DNA of 64,000 bases from Betaproteobacteria bacterium RIFCSPLOWO2_12_FULL_68_20 (GTDB taxonomy: Bacteria; Pseudomonadota; Gammaproteobacteria; Burkholderiales; SG8-39), in assembly GCA_001770655.1 (NCBI GenBank), contig MERQ01000080.1, forward strand, positions 15,272-79,271, in the 5' to 3' direction. Both the position numbers and the translations under genes were made by a program. The first letter of the stretch is position 1. Each line of letters begins with the position of its first letter. Below are positions 52,753-63,228 of the stretch, piece after piece. The notes under the pieces were generated by a model, which saw only the letters and a program-made list of their open reading frames with translations, was not told where the DNA came from and made no database searches.

Positions 52753-53495
52753 GGCGGCGCCGCTTTCTCGGCGCGCTCGCGGCGCTGGGCGCCGCGCCCG
52801 GCTTCGCCTCGGAACACACGGTGGAAGCGATGCGGTTCTCGTCGCTCGCTCCTGGGGCGGCGCTGCCGGAGTGGCTGCGCCCCTACGCCTTCGCCAACCG
52901 GCCGCGGCTCACCGAGTACTCGCTCGTCGAGGACGATCGCCGCACGGTGCTGCGCGCCCGCGCCGACGCCGCCACGGCCGGATTGATCCGCAGGCTCCGG
53001 GTGGATGCGGGCCGCTACCCGATCGTTGGCTGGCGCTGGAAGGTGACGAACCTGCTCGCGAAGAGCGACCTCGCCACGAAGGAGGGCGACGATTACCCGG
53101 TGCGGCTCTACGTCGGCTTCGACGTCGATCCGGCCACGCTCCCGGCCGCAGAGCGCTTCAAGCTCGACCTCGCGCGCCTGTTCTGGGGCGAGGATCTGCC
53201 GCTCGCCGCGCTGTGCTACGTGTGGGACGCGCGCGCTCCCGCCGGCACCTTCGCCCCGAACGCCTACACCGACCGGGTGCGCATGGTGGTGGTGGAGAGC
53301 GGCGCGGCGCGGCTGGGGCGCTGGGTGGCGTACGAGCGCGACGTGGCCGTGGACTACCGCCGCGCATTCGGACCGTCGCGCCCGCCGGTGCCGGCGGTGA
53401 ACGCGGTCATCGTCTCGACCGACACCGACAACACCGGCGAGCGGGCCGAAGCGTTCTACGGGGACGTCGAATTCAGATCGCGCCGCTCTTCCTGA
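52749..53495 (+). CDS. DUF3047-like exported protein with twin-arginine-type signal
   Basis: Last 248 aa of ORF 52311-53495. N-terminus VRRRRFLGALAALGAAPGFA. GTGA overlap. Family recognised from memory. Confidence 0.7.
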   Translation: MRRRRFLGALAALGAAPGFASEHTVEAMRFSSLAPGAALPEWLRPYAFANRPRLTEYSLVEDDRRTVLRARADAATAGLIRRLRVDAGRYPIVGWRWKVTNLLAKSDLATKEGDDYPVRLYVGFDVDPATLPAAERFKLDLARLFWGEDLPLAALCYVWDARAPAGTFAPNAYTDRVRMVVVESGAARLGRWVAYERDVAVDYRRAFGPSRPPVPAVNAVIVSTDTDNTGERAEAFYGDVEFRSRRSS

Positions 53496-54081
53496 GCAGC
53501 TCGGCCACGCGCTCGGCGACCAGGCGGTAGCCGCTGGCGTTGGGATGGATCTGGTCGGACTTGAGGCTCGAATCCTTGAGCACCGCGCCGATCACATCCT
53601 CCTCGTAGGGAATACGGAACTCGCTTGCGATGTTGGCGTAGAACCCGGGCGGGCTGACGGTGAAGCCGGGCTCGGGCGTTCCGATGAGCACCACGTCCAC
53701 GCCCCGGTCCTTCGCAAGCTTGACCATGGCGCGCACGTTCGCCTCGGCCTGCTCCTTGCCCAGGCGCCTGAGAAAGTCGTTGCCGCCGATCATGAGCAGC
53801 AGCAGCCTCGGCGAGTGCTCCTCGAGCGCGGCGGGCAGCCGCGCGAGCGCCTGGGTGGTGACTTCTCCCGGTACGCCCGCGCGCTCGACGCGTCTGCCGA
53901 TGATGTTCGCCAGCTGCGCCGGGTAGCTTTCCTCTTCGTTCGCGCCGGTACCGTAAGTGAGGCTGTCGCCGAAGGCGAGCACCACGGCGTCGGGAGCAAG
54001 CGGCGCGAGCTGCGGCGGCTTGCCGCAGCCCGAGGCGAGGACGGCCAGCAGTGCGAGGAGGAGGATGCGCGGGACTGACAT
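53473..54081 (-). CDS. SGNH/GDSL arylesterase-type hydrolase lipoprotein (TesA-like)
   Basis: ORF 53473-54129. ATG at 54081 gives the lipobox LASGC. Motifs FGDSLTYG, GGNDF and DQIHP. Confidence 0.85.
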   Translation of the reverse strand: MSVPRILLLALLAVLASGCGKPPQLAPLAPDAVVLAFGDSLTYGTGANEEESYPAQLANIIGRRVERAGVPGEVTTQALARLPAALEEHSPRLLLLMIGGNDFLRRLGKEQAEANVRAMVKLAKDRGVDVVLIGTPEPGFTVSPPGFYANIASEFRIPYEEDVIGAVLKDSSLKSDQIHPNASGYRLVAERVAELLRKSGAI

Positions 54082-54161
54082 CTGGCGCGGGCCGGCTGCG
54101 ACGGGCCGCATGTTACACTTTTTGCGCACAAGACCGCGGCACAGCGGCGTGGAGGAGACCG

Positions 54162-54953
54162 ATGGAAATCAGGAATTCGAAGGACTTCTGGGCGGGCCTG
54201 ATGTTTGTCGTGGTCGGCCTGTTCTTCATGCTGTGGGCGGTCGCGCAATACCAGATGGGAACGGCGGTGCGCATGGGTCCCGCCTACTTCCCCGCGGTTC
54301 TCGGCGGAATGCTGGCGAGCCTCGGCGCGGTGATTTTCCTGCGCGCGTTCTTTTCCAGGCTTACCGACAGCGCGGCAGGACGCATCCCGTTCAGTGCGAA
54401 GGACCTGGCAATCGGCGTCGCTTCGCTTGCGCTCGCGGCATGGGCAAGCCGCTCGTTCTCCGGCAGCGCCGAATCCGGAATTCTCGCCGCCGCATTCATA
54501 CTCTCTGTTCTCGCGAACCGTTACCGGTTGAAGGGCGCAAGCGCATCCCTTCGGCTTTCCTTCAATGCGGCGGACTTCGTCATCGGGGTTGTGATCTTCT
54601 ACGTCGCCGCCCAGCTCAGCTTCCGCTACGCGAGGAATTCCGACTATGGAATGCTCGCGGCGGCGGCGCTGCTGTCGGTCCTCGCCGTGCTGTTCCGGCC
54701 CGGCGCGAGGCCGCTGGTGCTGGTCGTTGCCTCCGGCATCGCCTACGGCTACCTGATGAAGCCGCTCGGGCTGATCCTCGCCACCGCGGTGCTGGTGTTC
54801 ATCAGCGCATTCGGCGGCCATGAGTTCAAGTGGAAGGAGGTGACGATCCTGTACGTGGTGCTGATCGTGTTCTCGATCCTGGTGTTCGTGAAGGCGCTGT
54901 CGCTGCCTTTCCCGATCTGCCCCGATTTTATGGACTCCTGCCCGATCCGCTGA
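54162..54953 (+). CDS. TctB-like small-subunit membrane protein, enlarged (263 aa)
   Basis: ORF 54051-54953, ATG at 54162. About 9 hydrophobic segments. Lies immediately upstream of tctA. The TctB assignment comes mainly from position and the N-terminal pattern. Confidence 0.6.
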   Translation: MEIRNSKDFWAGLMFVVVGLFFMLWAVAQYQMGTAVRMGPAYFPAVLGGMLASLGAVIFLRAFFSRLTDSAAGRIPFSAKDLAIGVASLALAAWASRSFSGSAESGILAAAFILSVLANRYRLKGASASLRLSFNAADFVIGVVIFYVAAQLSFRYARNSDYGMLAAAALLSVLAVLFRPGARPLVLVVASGIAYGYLMKPLGLILATAVLVFISAFGGHEFKWKEVTILYVVLIVFSILVFVKALSLPFPICPDFMDSCPIR

Positions 54954-54963
54954 GGGGAGTGCG

Positions 54964-56472
54964 ATGGACGTTTTCGGCAACCTCTGGATGGGATTCGGGG
55001 TCGCGGTCTCGTGGCTCAACCTCCTGTACGCGTTCATCGGTGTGCTGCTCGGCACGCTGATCGGCGTGCTGCCCGGGGTCGGGCCGGTGGCGACGATCGC
55101 CGTGCTGCTGCCGATCACCTTCAACCTGCCCCCGGTGCCGGCGCTCATCATGCTGGCCGGCATCTACTACGGCTCGCAATACGGCGGCTCGACCACATCG
55201 ATCCTGGTCAACATCCCGGGCGAGGCCGCATCGGTGGTCACCTGCCTCGACGGCTATCAGATGGCGCGCCAGGGGCGCGCCGGGCCGGCGCTCGCGGTTT
55301 CGGCGCTCGGCTCGTTCTTCGCCGGCTGCGTCGCGACGCTGGTCATCGCCGTGGCGGCGCCGCCGCTTGCCGAGGTGGCGCTCAAGTTCGGGCCTTCCGA
55401 GTATTTCTCGCTGATGGTGTTCGGGCTGATCGGGGCGACCGTGCTCGCCTCCGGCTCGCTCATCAAGGCGATCGCGATGGTGCTGCTCGGGCTGCTGCTC
55501 GGCCTGATCGGCACCGACGTCAACTCGGGCGTGCTGCGCTTCACCTTCGATATCCCGGAGCTTTCCGACGGCATCGGCTTCGTGGTGGTGGCGATGGGCA
55601 TGTTCGGCATCGCCGAGATCGTCGCCAACCTCGAGCACAAGGGCGCGCGCGAGGTGTTCACCGGCAAGGTGACGAACCTCTTTCCCACCAAGGAGGACTT
55701 CAAGCGCGCCTGGGCGCCGGTGCTGCGCGGCACCGCGCTCGGATCGTGCCTGGGCATCCTGCCGGGGGGCGGAGCGCTGCTGTCCTCGTTCGCCGCCTAC
55801 TCGGTGGAGAAAAAGGTCTCCAAGCACCCCGAGCAGTTCGGCAAGGGCGCGATCGAGGGCGTCGCCGGCCCCGAGTCGGCCAACAACGCAGGAGCGCAGA
55901 CCTCCTTCATCCCGATGCTCACGCTCGGCATCCCGAGCAACCCGGTGATGGCGCTCATGATCGGAGCGCTCATGATCCAGGGCATCGCGCCGGGACCGCA
56001 GGTGATGACCGAGAAGCCGGAACTGTTCTGGGGCCTGATTGCCTCGATGTGGGTGGGGAACCTGATGCTGGTGGTCCTCAACCTGCCGCTCATCGGCATG
56101 TGGGTGAAGCTGCTGTCGGTGCCCTACCGCTACCTGTATCCGTCGATCCTGGTGTTCATGGCGATCGGCGTGTTCAGCCTGTCGAACAACCCCTTCGACG
56201 TGCTGATCATGGCGATCTTCGGCGTGTTCGGCTACATCTGCGTCAAGCTCGAGTGCGAGCCCGCGCCGATGATCCTCGGCTTCATCCTCGGGCCGCTGAT
56301 GGAGGAGAACCTCAGGCGCGCGATGCTGCTGTCGCGCGGCGACCCGCTGGTGTTCTTCCAGAAGCCGATTTCGGCCGCGTTCCTGGCCGCCTCGCTCTTC
56401 CTGCTGGTGATCATCGCCCTTCCCGCGATCCGCAAGAAGCGCGAGGCGGCGTTCGTCGAGCAGCAGGCCTAG
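54964..56472 (+). CDS. tctA: tripartite tricarboxylate transporter permease TctA
   Basis: 502 aa, polytopic, TctA pattern (GVLPGVGP..., GILPGGGA). Confidence 0.93.
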   Translation: MDVFGNLWMGFGVAVSWLNLLYAFIGVLLGTLIGVLPGVGPVATIAVLLPITFNLPPVPALIMLAGIYYGSQYGGSTTSILVNIPGEAASVVTCLDGYQMARQGRAGPALAVSALGSFFAGCVATLVIAVAAPPLAEVALKFGPSEYFSLMVFGLIGATVLASGSLIKAIAMVLLGLLLGLIGTDVNSGVLRFTFDIPELSDGIGFVVVAMGMFGIAEIVANLEHKGAREVFTGKVTNLFPTKEDFKRAWAPVLRGTALGSCLGILPGGGALLSSFAAYSVEKKVSKHPEQFGKGAIEGVAGPESANNAGAQTSFIPMLTLGIPSNPVMALMIGALMIQGIAPGPQVMTEKPELFWGLIASMWVGNLMLVVLNLPLIGMWVKLLSVPYRYLYPSILVFMAIGVFSLSNNPFDVLIMAIFGVFGYICVKLECEPAPMILGFILGPLMEENLRRAMLLSRGDPLVFFQKPISAAFLAASLFLLVIIALPAIRKKREAAFVEQQA

Positions 56473-56885
56473 GACGCGCGCGCGCGCCGGGTGCGCGCCG
56501 CGAGCTGCGCCTTGACGGTCGAGACCAGCTCGGTGCGCTTCACCGGCTTGACCAGGTAGGCGTTCGCTCCGAGCTCGCGCGCGCGGTCCATGCTCGCCTT
56601 GTCGGAGAGCACCGAAACCACCACCACCGGGGTCGCCGCATTCGGCGTGCGCTCGCGGATGCGCTCCAGCACCTCGAAGCCGTCGAGCCCGGGCATCAGC
56701 AGGTCGAGCAGGATCGCGTCGTAGGCGTAGGTCCCGGCGAGCTTGAGCGCCTGCACGCTGGTGCCGGCGAGCTGCACCTCGGCCTTGAGGTCGCGCGACA
56801 CCAGGCGCGCGAGCAGCAGCCGCATCGATTCCTCGTCGTCGACGATGAGGACGCGGTAGCGCGTGGTGAGCTCGCTGCGGGGCAT
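56469..56885 (-). CDS. single-domain response regulator (CheY-like receiver)
   Basis: 138 aa. VLIVDDE...ILLDLLMPGLDG...KP. No output domain and no kinase nearby. Confidence 0.85.
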   Translation of the reverse strand: MPRSELTTRYRVLIVDDEESMRLLLARLVSRDLKAEVQLAGTSVQALKLAGTYAYDAILLDLLMPGLDGFEVLERIRERTPNAATPVVVVSVLSDKASMDRARELGANAYLVKPVKRTELVSTVKAQLAARTRRARAS

Positions 56886-56947
56886 CAGCCATTCTAGCGG
56901 CTGCGCAGGCGGCGAGCAGGCCGGCGAGGGGGTCGGAGCTCAACGCT

Positions 56948-57499
56948 TCACGGTTTCTTGCGCTCGTGGCGCCACTGCACATCGCCGCGGCCGGCACGAT
57001 TGAGCGCGCGCCCGAGGACGAACAGGAGGTCCGAGAGCCGGTTCAGGTACTGGCGCGCCCGCTCGCCGACCGCCTCGCGGCGTCCGAGGGCGACGAGGCT
57101 TCTCTCGGCGCGCCGGCAGACCGCGCGCGCGAGGTGGGCGGCGGCCGCCGCGCGTGTGCCGCCCGGCAGAATGAATTCCTTGAGCGCCGGCAAGTTCTTG
57201 TTATACGCGTCGAGCAGCGCTTCCAGACGCATCACGTGCGCTTGCGTCATCATCGAATGGCCGGGGATGCACACCTCGCCGCCGAGGTCGAAAAGGTCGT
57301 GCTGCACCTGCGAGAGCTCGGCGCGCAGCTTCGCGGGCACCTTCTCGGCGAGCACCACCCCGATCGCGGAATTCAGCTCGTCGATGTCCCCCAGGGCCTG
57401 GATGCGGGCGGCGTCCTTCGCCACGCGCGTGCCGTCGCCGAGGCCGGTCTCGCCCGCGTCGCCGGTGCGCGTCGCGATCTTGGTTAGCCGGTGGCCCAT
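56948..57499 (-). CDS. ATP:cob(I)alamin adenosyltransferase, PduO type
   Basis: 183 aa. TRTGDAGETGL...ALGDIDELNS. Confidence 0.9.
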   Translation of the reverse strand: MGHRLTKIATRTGDAGETGLGDGTRVAKDAARIQALGDIDELNSAIGVVLAEKVPAKLRAELSQVQHDLFDLGGEVCIPGHSMMTQAHVMRLEALLDAYNKNLPALKEFILPGGTRAAAAAHLARAVCRRAERSLVALGRREAVGERARQYLNRLSDLLFVLGRALNRAGRGDVQWRHERKKP

Positions 57500-57548
57500 G
57501 GAGAGCGCAGAATTATAGGCCCCCTCACCAGACGCTCAAGGAGGAACC

Positions 57549-57959
57549 ATGGCCTCGATACGCAAGGCGGACTACTACTCGATGAAAGTGCCGAATCGCG
57601 CGGGTGCGGGAGCGAAGCTGCTCGAGGCGCTGAAGGCGGCGAACGTCGACTTGCTCGCGTTCACTGGCTTCCCGGCGGGCGGTGGCGCGCAGGTGGATTT
57701 CATCCCGAAGAAACGGGCCGCGTTCCTGAGCGCGGCGCGCAAGGCGGGACTGAGAATCTCGGCGCGCAAGACCGTGTTCCTGGTGCAGGGGGCCGACCGC
57801 GTCGGCGCGCTCGCCGGCATCCTCGGCAAGCTCGCCAAGGCGCACATCGGCCTCACTGCGCTCGACGCCGTCACCGCCGGCAGCGGCCGCTTCGGCGCGA
57901 TCTTCTGGGTCAAGAAAAAGGATGTGGGACGCGCCGCGCGGCTGATCGGCGCGCGCTAG
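57549..57959 (+). CDS. hypothetical protein, tandem ACT-like halves
   Basis: 136 aa. Two similar segments (NRAGAGAKLLEALKAANVDL / DRVGALAGILGKLAKAHIGL). No firm family. Confidence 0.5.
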   Translation: MASIRKADYYSMKVPNRAGAGAKLLEALKAANVDLLAFTGFPAGGGAQVDFIPKKRAAFLSAARKAGLRISARKTVFLVQGADRVGALAGILGKLAKAHIGLTALDAVTAGSGRFGAIFWVKKKDVGRAARLIGAR

Positions 57960-59164
57960 CTGCCCGCTTTCTTCACCTCGCTCTCGAGCCAGCCCTTGGC
58001 GAGCGTGGTGCGCAGGCGTTCGCCCTCGCGCACGCGCGCGGCGTCGCGAATGACGTTGCCCACCTGGTCGCGCGTGATGCTGTAGCCGCGCTCCAGCACC
58101 GCGCCCGGGTCGAGCCCCGAGAGGCTGGCGCGCAGCCGCCCGATTTCCGCTGCCGCCGCTTCAAGCCGCCTTGCGGCGGCGGTGGAAAGGCGTGCGAGCA
58201 GATGCGCCACGCTCTGGCGCGACGCCTGCAGGCGCGCCGCCGGGTGCACCAGCCTCCTCGCGAAGCCGTCCACCGCCTGCATGGCGTACTCGATGCGGCG
58301 GCGCGCTTCGCGCGAGAGGCGGCGCGATGCCTCGGCGAGGCGCACGAGCAGCTCGGCGCGCGAGGGCGCGGCCATTTCGGCCGCTGCGGTCGGCGTCGGA
58401 GCGCGGCGGTCGGCGGCGAAATCGGCGATCGTGAAGTCGGTCTCGTGCCCGACGCCGACCACCACCGGGATGGCCGAGGCGCGGATCGCGCGCGCCACGC
58501 TCTCCTCGTTGAACTGCCACAGGTCCTCGATCGAGCCGCCTCCGCGCACCAGCAGCAGCACGTCGCATTCGGCGCGCGCGCTTGCCGCGGCGAGCATCGC
58601 GGCGATGCGCTCGGCGGCGCCTTCGCCCTGCACCGGCACCGGATAGACGATCACCGGGATCGCCGGATTGCGCCGCGCCAGCGTGGTCAGCACGTCGCGC
58701 AGAGCCGCCGCGGCGAGCGAGGTGACCACCCCGATGCGGCGCGGCAGCCGGGGCGGCTCGCGCTTGGCTGCGGGATCGAACAGGCCCTCGCGCTCGAGCT
58801 TGTCCCTGAGCCGCAGGAAGCGCTCGTAGAGCGGCCCGAGGCCGGCGCGGCGCATCGCTTCGACGTTGAGCTGGAAGCGGCCGCGCGGCTCGTAGAGCGT
58901 CGCAAGCGCGCGCACCTCGGCCTGCAGGCCGTTCGCCGGCTCCCAGTCGAGCGCCGCGGCGCGGCCGCGGAACATCACGCAGTCCACCTGCGCCGCGTCG
59001 TCCTTGAGCGTGAAATAGCAGTGGCCGGAAGGCGCCCGGCTGAAGTTGGAAAGCTCCCCGCGCACCCACGCGAGGGGGAAGCGCCTCTCCAGCGTGTCGC
59101 GCACGCTCCTCAGCAGCTCCGAGACGCTCAGGACGGCCGCCGCGGGGGGCGTAAAGGGGGGCAA
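57956..59164 (-). CDS. xseA: exodeoxyribonuclease VII large subunit
   Basis: 402 aa. WVRGELSNFSRAPSGHCYFTLKD OB-fold N-terminus and the GRGGGS-type motif VRGGGS. Confidence 0.93.
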   Translation of the reverse strand: MPPFTPPAAAVLSVSELLRSVRDTLERRFPLAWVRGELSNFSRAPSGHCYFTLKDDAAQVDCVMFRGRAAALDWEPANGLQAEVRALATLYEPRGRFQLNVEAMRRAGLGPLYERFLRLRDKLEREGLFDPAAKREPPRLPRRIGVVTSLAAAALRDVLTTLARRNPAIPVIVYPVPVQGEGAAERIAAMLAAASARAECDVLLLVRGGGSIEDLWQFNEESVARAIRASAIPVVVGVGHETDFTIADFAADRRAPTPTAAAEMAAPSRAELLVRLAEASRRLSREARRRIEYAMQAVDGFARRLVHPAARLQASRQSVAHLLARLSTAAARRLEAAAAEIGRLRASLSGLDPGAVLERGYSITRDQVGNVIRDAARVREGERLRTTLAKGWLESEVKKAGS

Positions 59165-59374
59165 TTGCTCGTCCGGCTTGGGGTTTGGCGGGTCGCAGCG
59201 CGCCTACACTAATCCACATTCGCACCGCTGCGCGTGCGGCGCCGCGCCAACCGCCTCGCGGAACCCGATTCTTTTGCGTAACGTGCTGTTCGGCCGGGGA
59301 AAAAGGCTGCTCAAATTTTGATCGCCACCGACTTACCCGGATTCCCGCGTCTATCGAATGCAACTGTTCAGCGA

Positions 59375-59410
59375 TTATCCACAAACTTATCCACAGATTT
59401 TTGTGGATAT
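59375..59410. promoter_or_regulatory. cluster of three DnaA boxes (TTATCCACA, TTATCCACA, inverted ATATCCACA)
   Basis: Boxes at 59375-59383, 59387-59395 and 59402-59410 (reverse strand). A fourth one-mismatch box TAATCCACA lies at 59210-59218. Confidence 0.6.
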
Positions 59411-59556
59411 CCGCGGGTCCGTTTGCCGCGCAAGTTTCGCGCACCGCCGATGTTGCCGCTGTGGCGCCTGCAAACGTGGTTTTGATGCGGCGCAGAAACT
59501 TGCGGCAGGGCAAGGGTTTGGCTAAAGTCGGCGGCCACAAGAACTAGGGGAAACCG

Positions 59557-60189
59557 TTGTTCGCCATCATCCAGGCCGCGGGCTGGCCGATCTGGTTCCT
59601 GCTGCTCACGTCCGTCATCGCCGTCGCACTGATCATCGAGCGCTCGATCACGCTGCGCGAGGCGAAGATCGTCCCGCCCCGGCTGCTCGAGCAGGTGATG
59701 GCCGTCTACCAGCGCCAGGGCGTCTCGGACGATGTCCTCGGCAAGCTGGCGAAGGACTCGCCGCTCGGCGCGGTGCTCGCCGCGGGGATGCGCAACCAGA
59801 AGAGCTCGCGCTACGTCATGAAGGAGGCGATCGACGAGACCGGCCGCGGGGTGGCGCGCGAGCTGGAGCGCTTCCTGACCACGCTCGGCACCATCGCCGT
59901 GGCCTCGCCGCTGCTGGGCCTGTTCGGCACGGTGATCGGCATGATCGAGATCTTCGGCTCGCAGTCGCCCACCGGCACCAACCCGCAGCAGCTCGCGCAC
60001 GGCATCTCCGTGGCGCTGTACAACACCGCGTTCGGCATCGCGATCGCCATCCCCTCGCTCATCTTCTATCGGCACTTCAAGAACAAGGTGGACGGCTTCG
60101 TGGTGGAGATGGAGCAGCTCGCCTCGAAGCTGGTGGACATCGTGCACGGCGAGCGCCTGGACTTCCAGCCGCCGCCGCACAGAGGCTAG
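59557..60189 (+). CDS. exbB: MotA/TolQ/ExbB family proton-channel protein
   Basis: 210 aa, TTG start, with the conserved LGLFGTVIGMI segment. Confidence 0.85.
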   Translation: MFAIIQAAGWPIWFLLLTSVIAVALIIERSITLREAKIVPPRLLEQVMAVYQRQGVSDDVLGKLAKDSPLGAVLAAGMRNQKSSRYVMKEAIDETGRGVARELERFLTTLGTIAVASPLLGLFGTVIGMIEIFGSQSPTGTNPQQLAHGISVALYNTAFGIAIAIPSLIFYRHFKNKVDGFVVEMEQLASKLVDIVHGERLDFQPPPHRG

Positions 60190-60606
60190 GTGAACTTCCA
60201 GCGCGGCAAGGAAAAAGAGCCGCTCGAGATCAACCTCGTGCCGCTCATCGACGTGATGATGGTGATCCTGATCTTCCTCATGATCACCACCACCTACTCC
60301 AAGTACACCGAGCTGCAGATCAACCTGCCGACCGCCGACGCCGAGCGGCAGCTCGAGCGGCCGAACGAGATCACGGTGCTGGTGAACGCCCAGGGGCAGT
60401 ACGTGGTGAACAGGAGCCCGATGACGTTCCGCTCGATCGAGCAGTTCGCCGACGAGCTGAGGCGCGCGGGCGCCGCGCTCAGGGAGCCGATCGTCGTCAT
60501 CAGCGCCGACGCCGCATCGCCGCACCAGGCCGTGATTCGCGTGATGGAGGCCTCGCGGCTCGCCGGGCTGACGCAGATCACGTTCACCACGCAATCGGCC
60601 AAGTAG
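60190..60606 (+). CDS. exbD: ExbD/TolR family protein
   Basis: 138 aa. INLVPLIDVMMVILIF. Confidence 0.85.
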   Translation: MNFQRGKEKEPLEINLVPLIDVMMVILIFLMITTTYSKYTELQINLPTADAERQLERPNEITVLVNAQGQYVVNRSPMTFRSIEQFADELRRAGAALREPIVVISADAASPHQAVIRVMEASRLAGLTQITFTTQSAK

Positions 60607-60610
60607 CGCG

Positions 60611-61591
60611 GTGAAGCACTGGTATCGCCGCGCGGCGCTCGCCAGGCTGCTGTGGCCGGCAAGCCTCGCGTTCGGGTTCGTCGTCTCGATCCGCAGGCTG
60701 CTCTATCGGGCGCGCCTGCTCAAGAGCGCTCACCCGGGGATCCCCGTGATCGTGGTTGGAAATCTCGTCGCCGGCGGCAGCGGCAAGACTCCGCTCGCGC
60801 TGTGGATCGCCGAGCTCCTGAGGTCGAAGGGCTGGTCGCCCGCGATCGTCTCGCGCGGCCACGGCGCAAGCGTCGGGGCGCCGCGCGCCGCCACCATCGC
60901 CTCGGAGGCCTCCGAGGTGGGCGACGAGCCGATCGTGCTCGCGCGGCGCAGCGGCTGCCCGGTCTGGGTCGGGCCCGAGCGCGTGCGCGTGATCGAGGCG
61001 CTGCGCGCCCAGCACCCGGAGGTGAACGTGCTCGTGCTCGACGACGGCCTGCAGCACTACCGCCTGCGCCGCGACCTCGAGATCGCGGTGGTGGACGCGC
61101 GCGGCTTCGGCAACGGATTCCTGCTCCCCGCGGGGCCGTTGCGCGAGCCGGTGTCCCGGCTGAAGACGGTCGACGCGGTGGTGGCGCACGGCACCGGCGC
61201 GGTGAAGGGATTCTCGATGGTCCTGGAAGGGGAGACGCTTCACCGCATGACCGACTCCCGGGACCGCTGGCCGCTGAAATCGCTCGCCGGCCAGAGCGTG
61301 CACGCGGTCGCCGGAATCGGCGACCCGAACCGTTTCTTCATCCAGCTCGGCCGCGCTGGCCTGAAAGTGGTGCCGCACCCGTTTCCCGACCATCACCGGT
61401 TCGAGCCGCGCGAGCTCGAGTTCGGCGACGGCGCACCGGTGGTGATGACCGAGAAGGACGCGGTAAAATTGCGCGGCGCCGCCCGGCCCCAGTGGTGGGT
61501 GTTTCCCGTGACGGCGAAGCTCGACCCCGCGTTTGGCGATTGGTTGCTGAGGAAGCTCGATGAGCGCCGCCGTCGACCCGAAGCTGCTTGA
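60611..61591 (+). CDS. lpxK: tetraacyldisaccharide 4'-kinase
   Basis: 326 aa, P-loop [12 protein letters not shown]. Confidence 0.9.
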   Translation: MKHWYRRAALARLLWPASLAFGFVVSIRRLLYRARLLKSAHPGIPVIVVGNLVAGGSGKTPLALWIAELLRSKGWSPAIVSRGHGASVGAPRAATIASEASEVGDEPIVLARRSGCPVWVGPERVRVIEALRAQHPEVNVLVLDDGLQHYRLRRDLEIAVVDARGFGNGFLLPAGPLREPVSRLKTVDAVVAHGTGAVKGFSMVLEGETLHRMTDSRDRWPLKSLAGQSVHAVAGIGDPNRFFIQLGRAGLKVVPHPFPDHHRFEPRELEFGDGAPVVMTEKDAVKLRGAARPQWWVFPVTAKLDPAFGDWLLRKLDERRRRPEAA

Positions 61592-61750
61592 GATCCTGGT
61601 GTGCCCGCTGTGCAAGGGGCCGCTCGCGTACCGCAAGGAGGCGGCCGAGCTGGTGTGCAGGCCCGACCGGCTTGCCTACCCGGTGAAGGACGGCATCCCG
61701 GTGATGCTCGAGGAGGAGGCGCGAAAGCTGCCGCCCGAAGAAGAAGTGGC

Positions 61751-61754
<4 letters not shown>
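61560..61754 (+). CDS. Trm112/YcaR family protein
   Basis: 64 aa. [14 protein letters not shown]...[11 protein letters not shown]. Confidence 0.85.
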
Positions 61755-63197
<1,443 letters not shown>

Positions 63198-63228
63198 TAA
63201 GATTTCGCCCTTTCCAGGGAGACCCAGC

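Noticed and set aside
59350-59383. Fur box upstream of exbB.
   Set aside because: The best by-eye alignment to GATAATGATAATCATTATC gives about 8/19 matches. The ATTATC part belongs to the first DnaA box.
59165-59556. DnaA-box cluster interpreted as the chromosomal origin (oriC).
   Set aside because: There are only three or four boxes. I could not see AT-rich 13-mer-like unwinding repeats, and there are no dnaA/dnaN/gidA/parAB neighbours. A regulatory, titration or reactivation site is more plausible. It is kept as a finding, but not as oriC.
59368-60594. 408-aa minus-strand ORF across exbB-exbD.
   Set aside because: It is antisense to two genes with clear MotA/TolQ/ExbB and ExbD/TolR motifs, and its own sequence is low-complexity.
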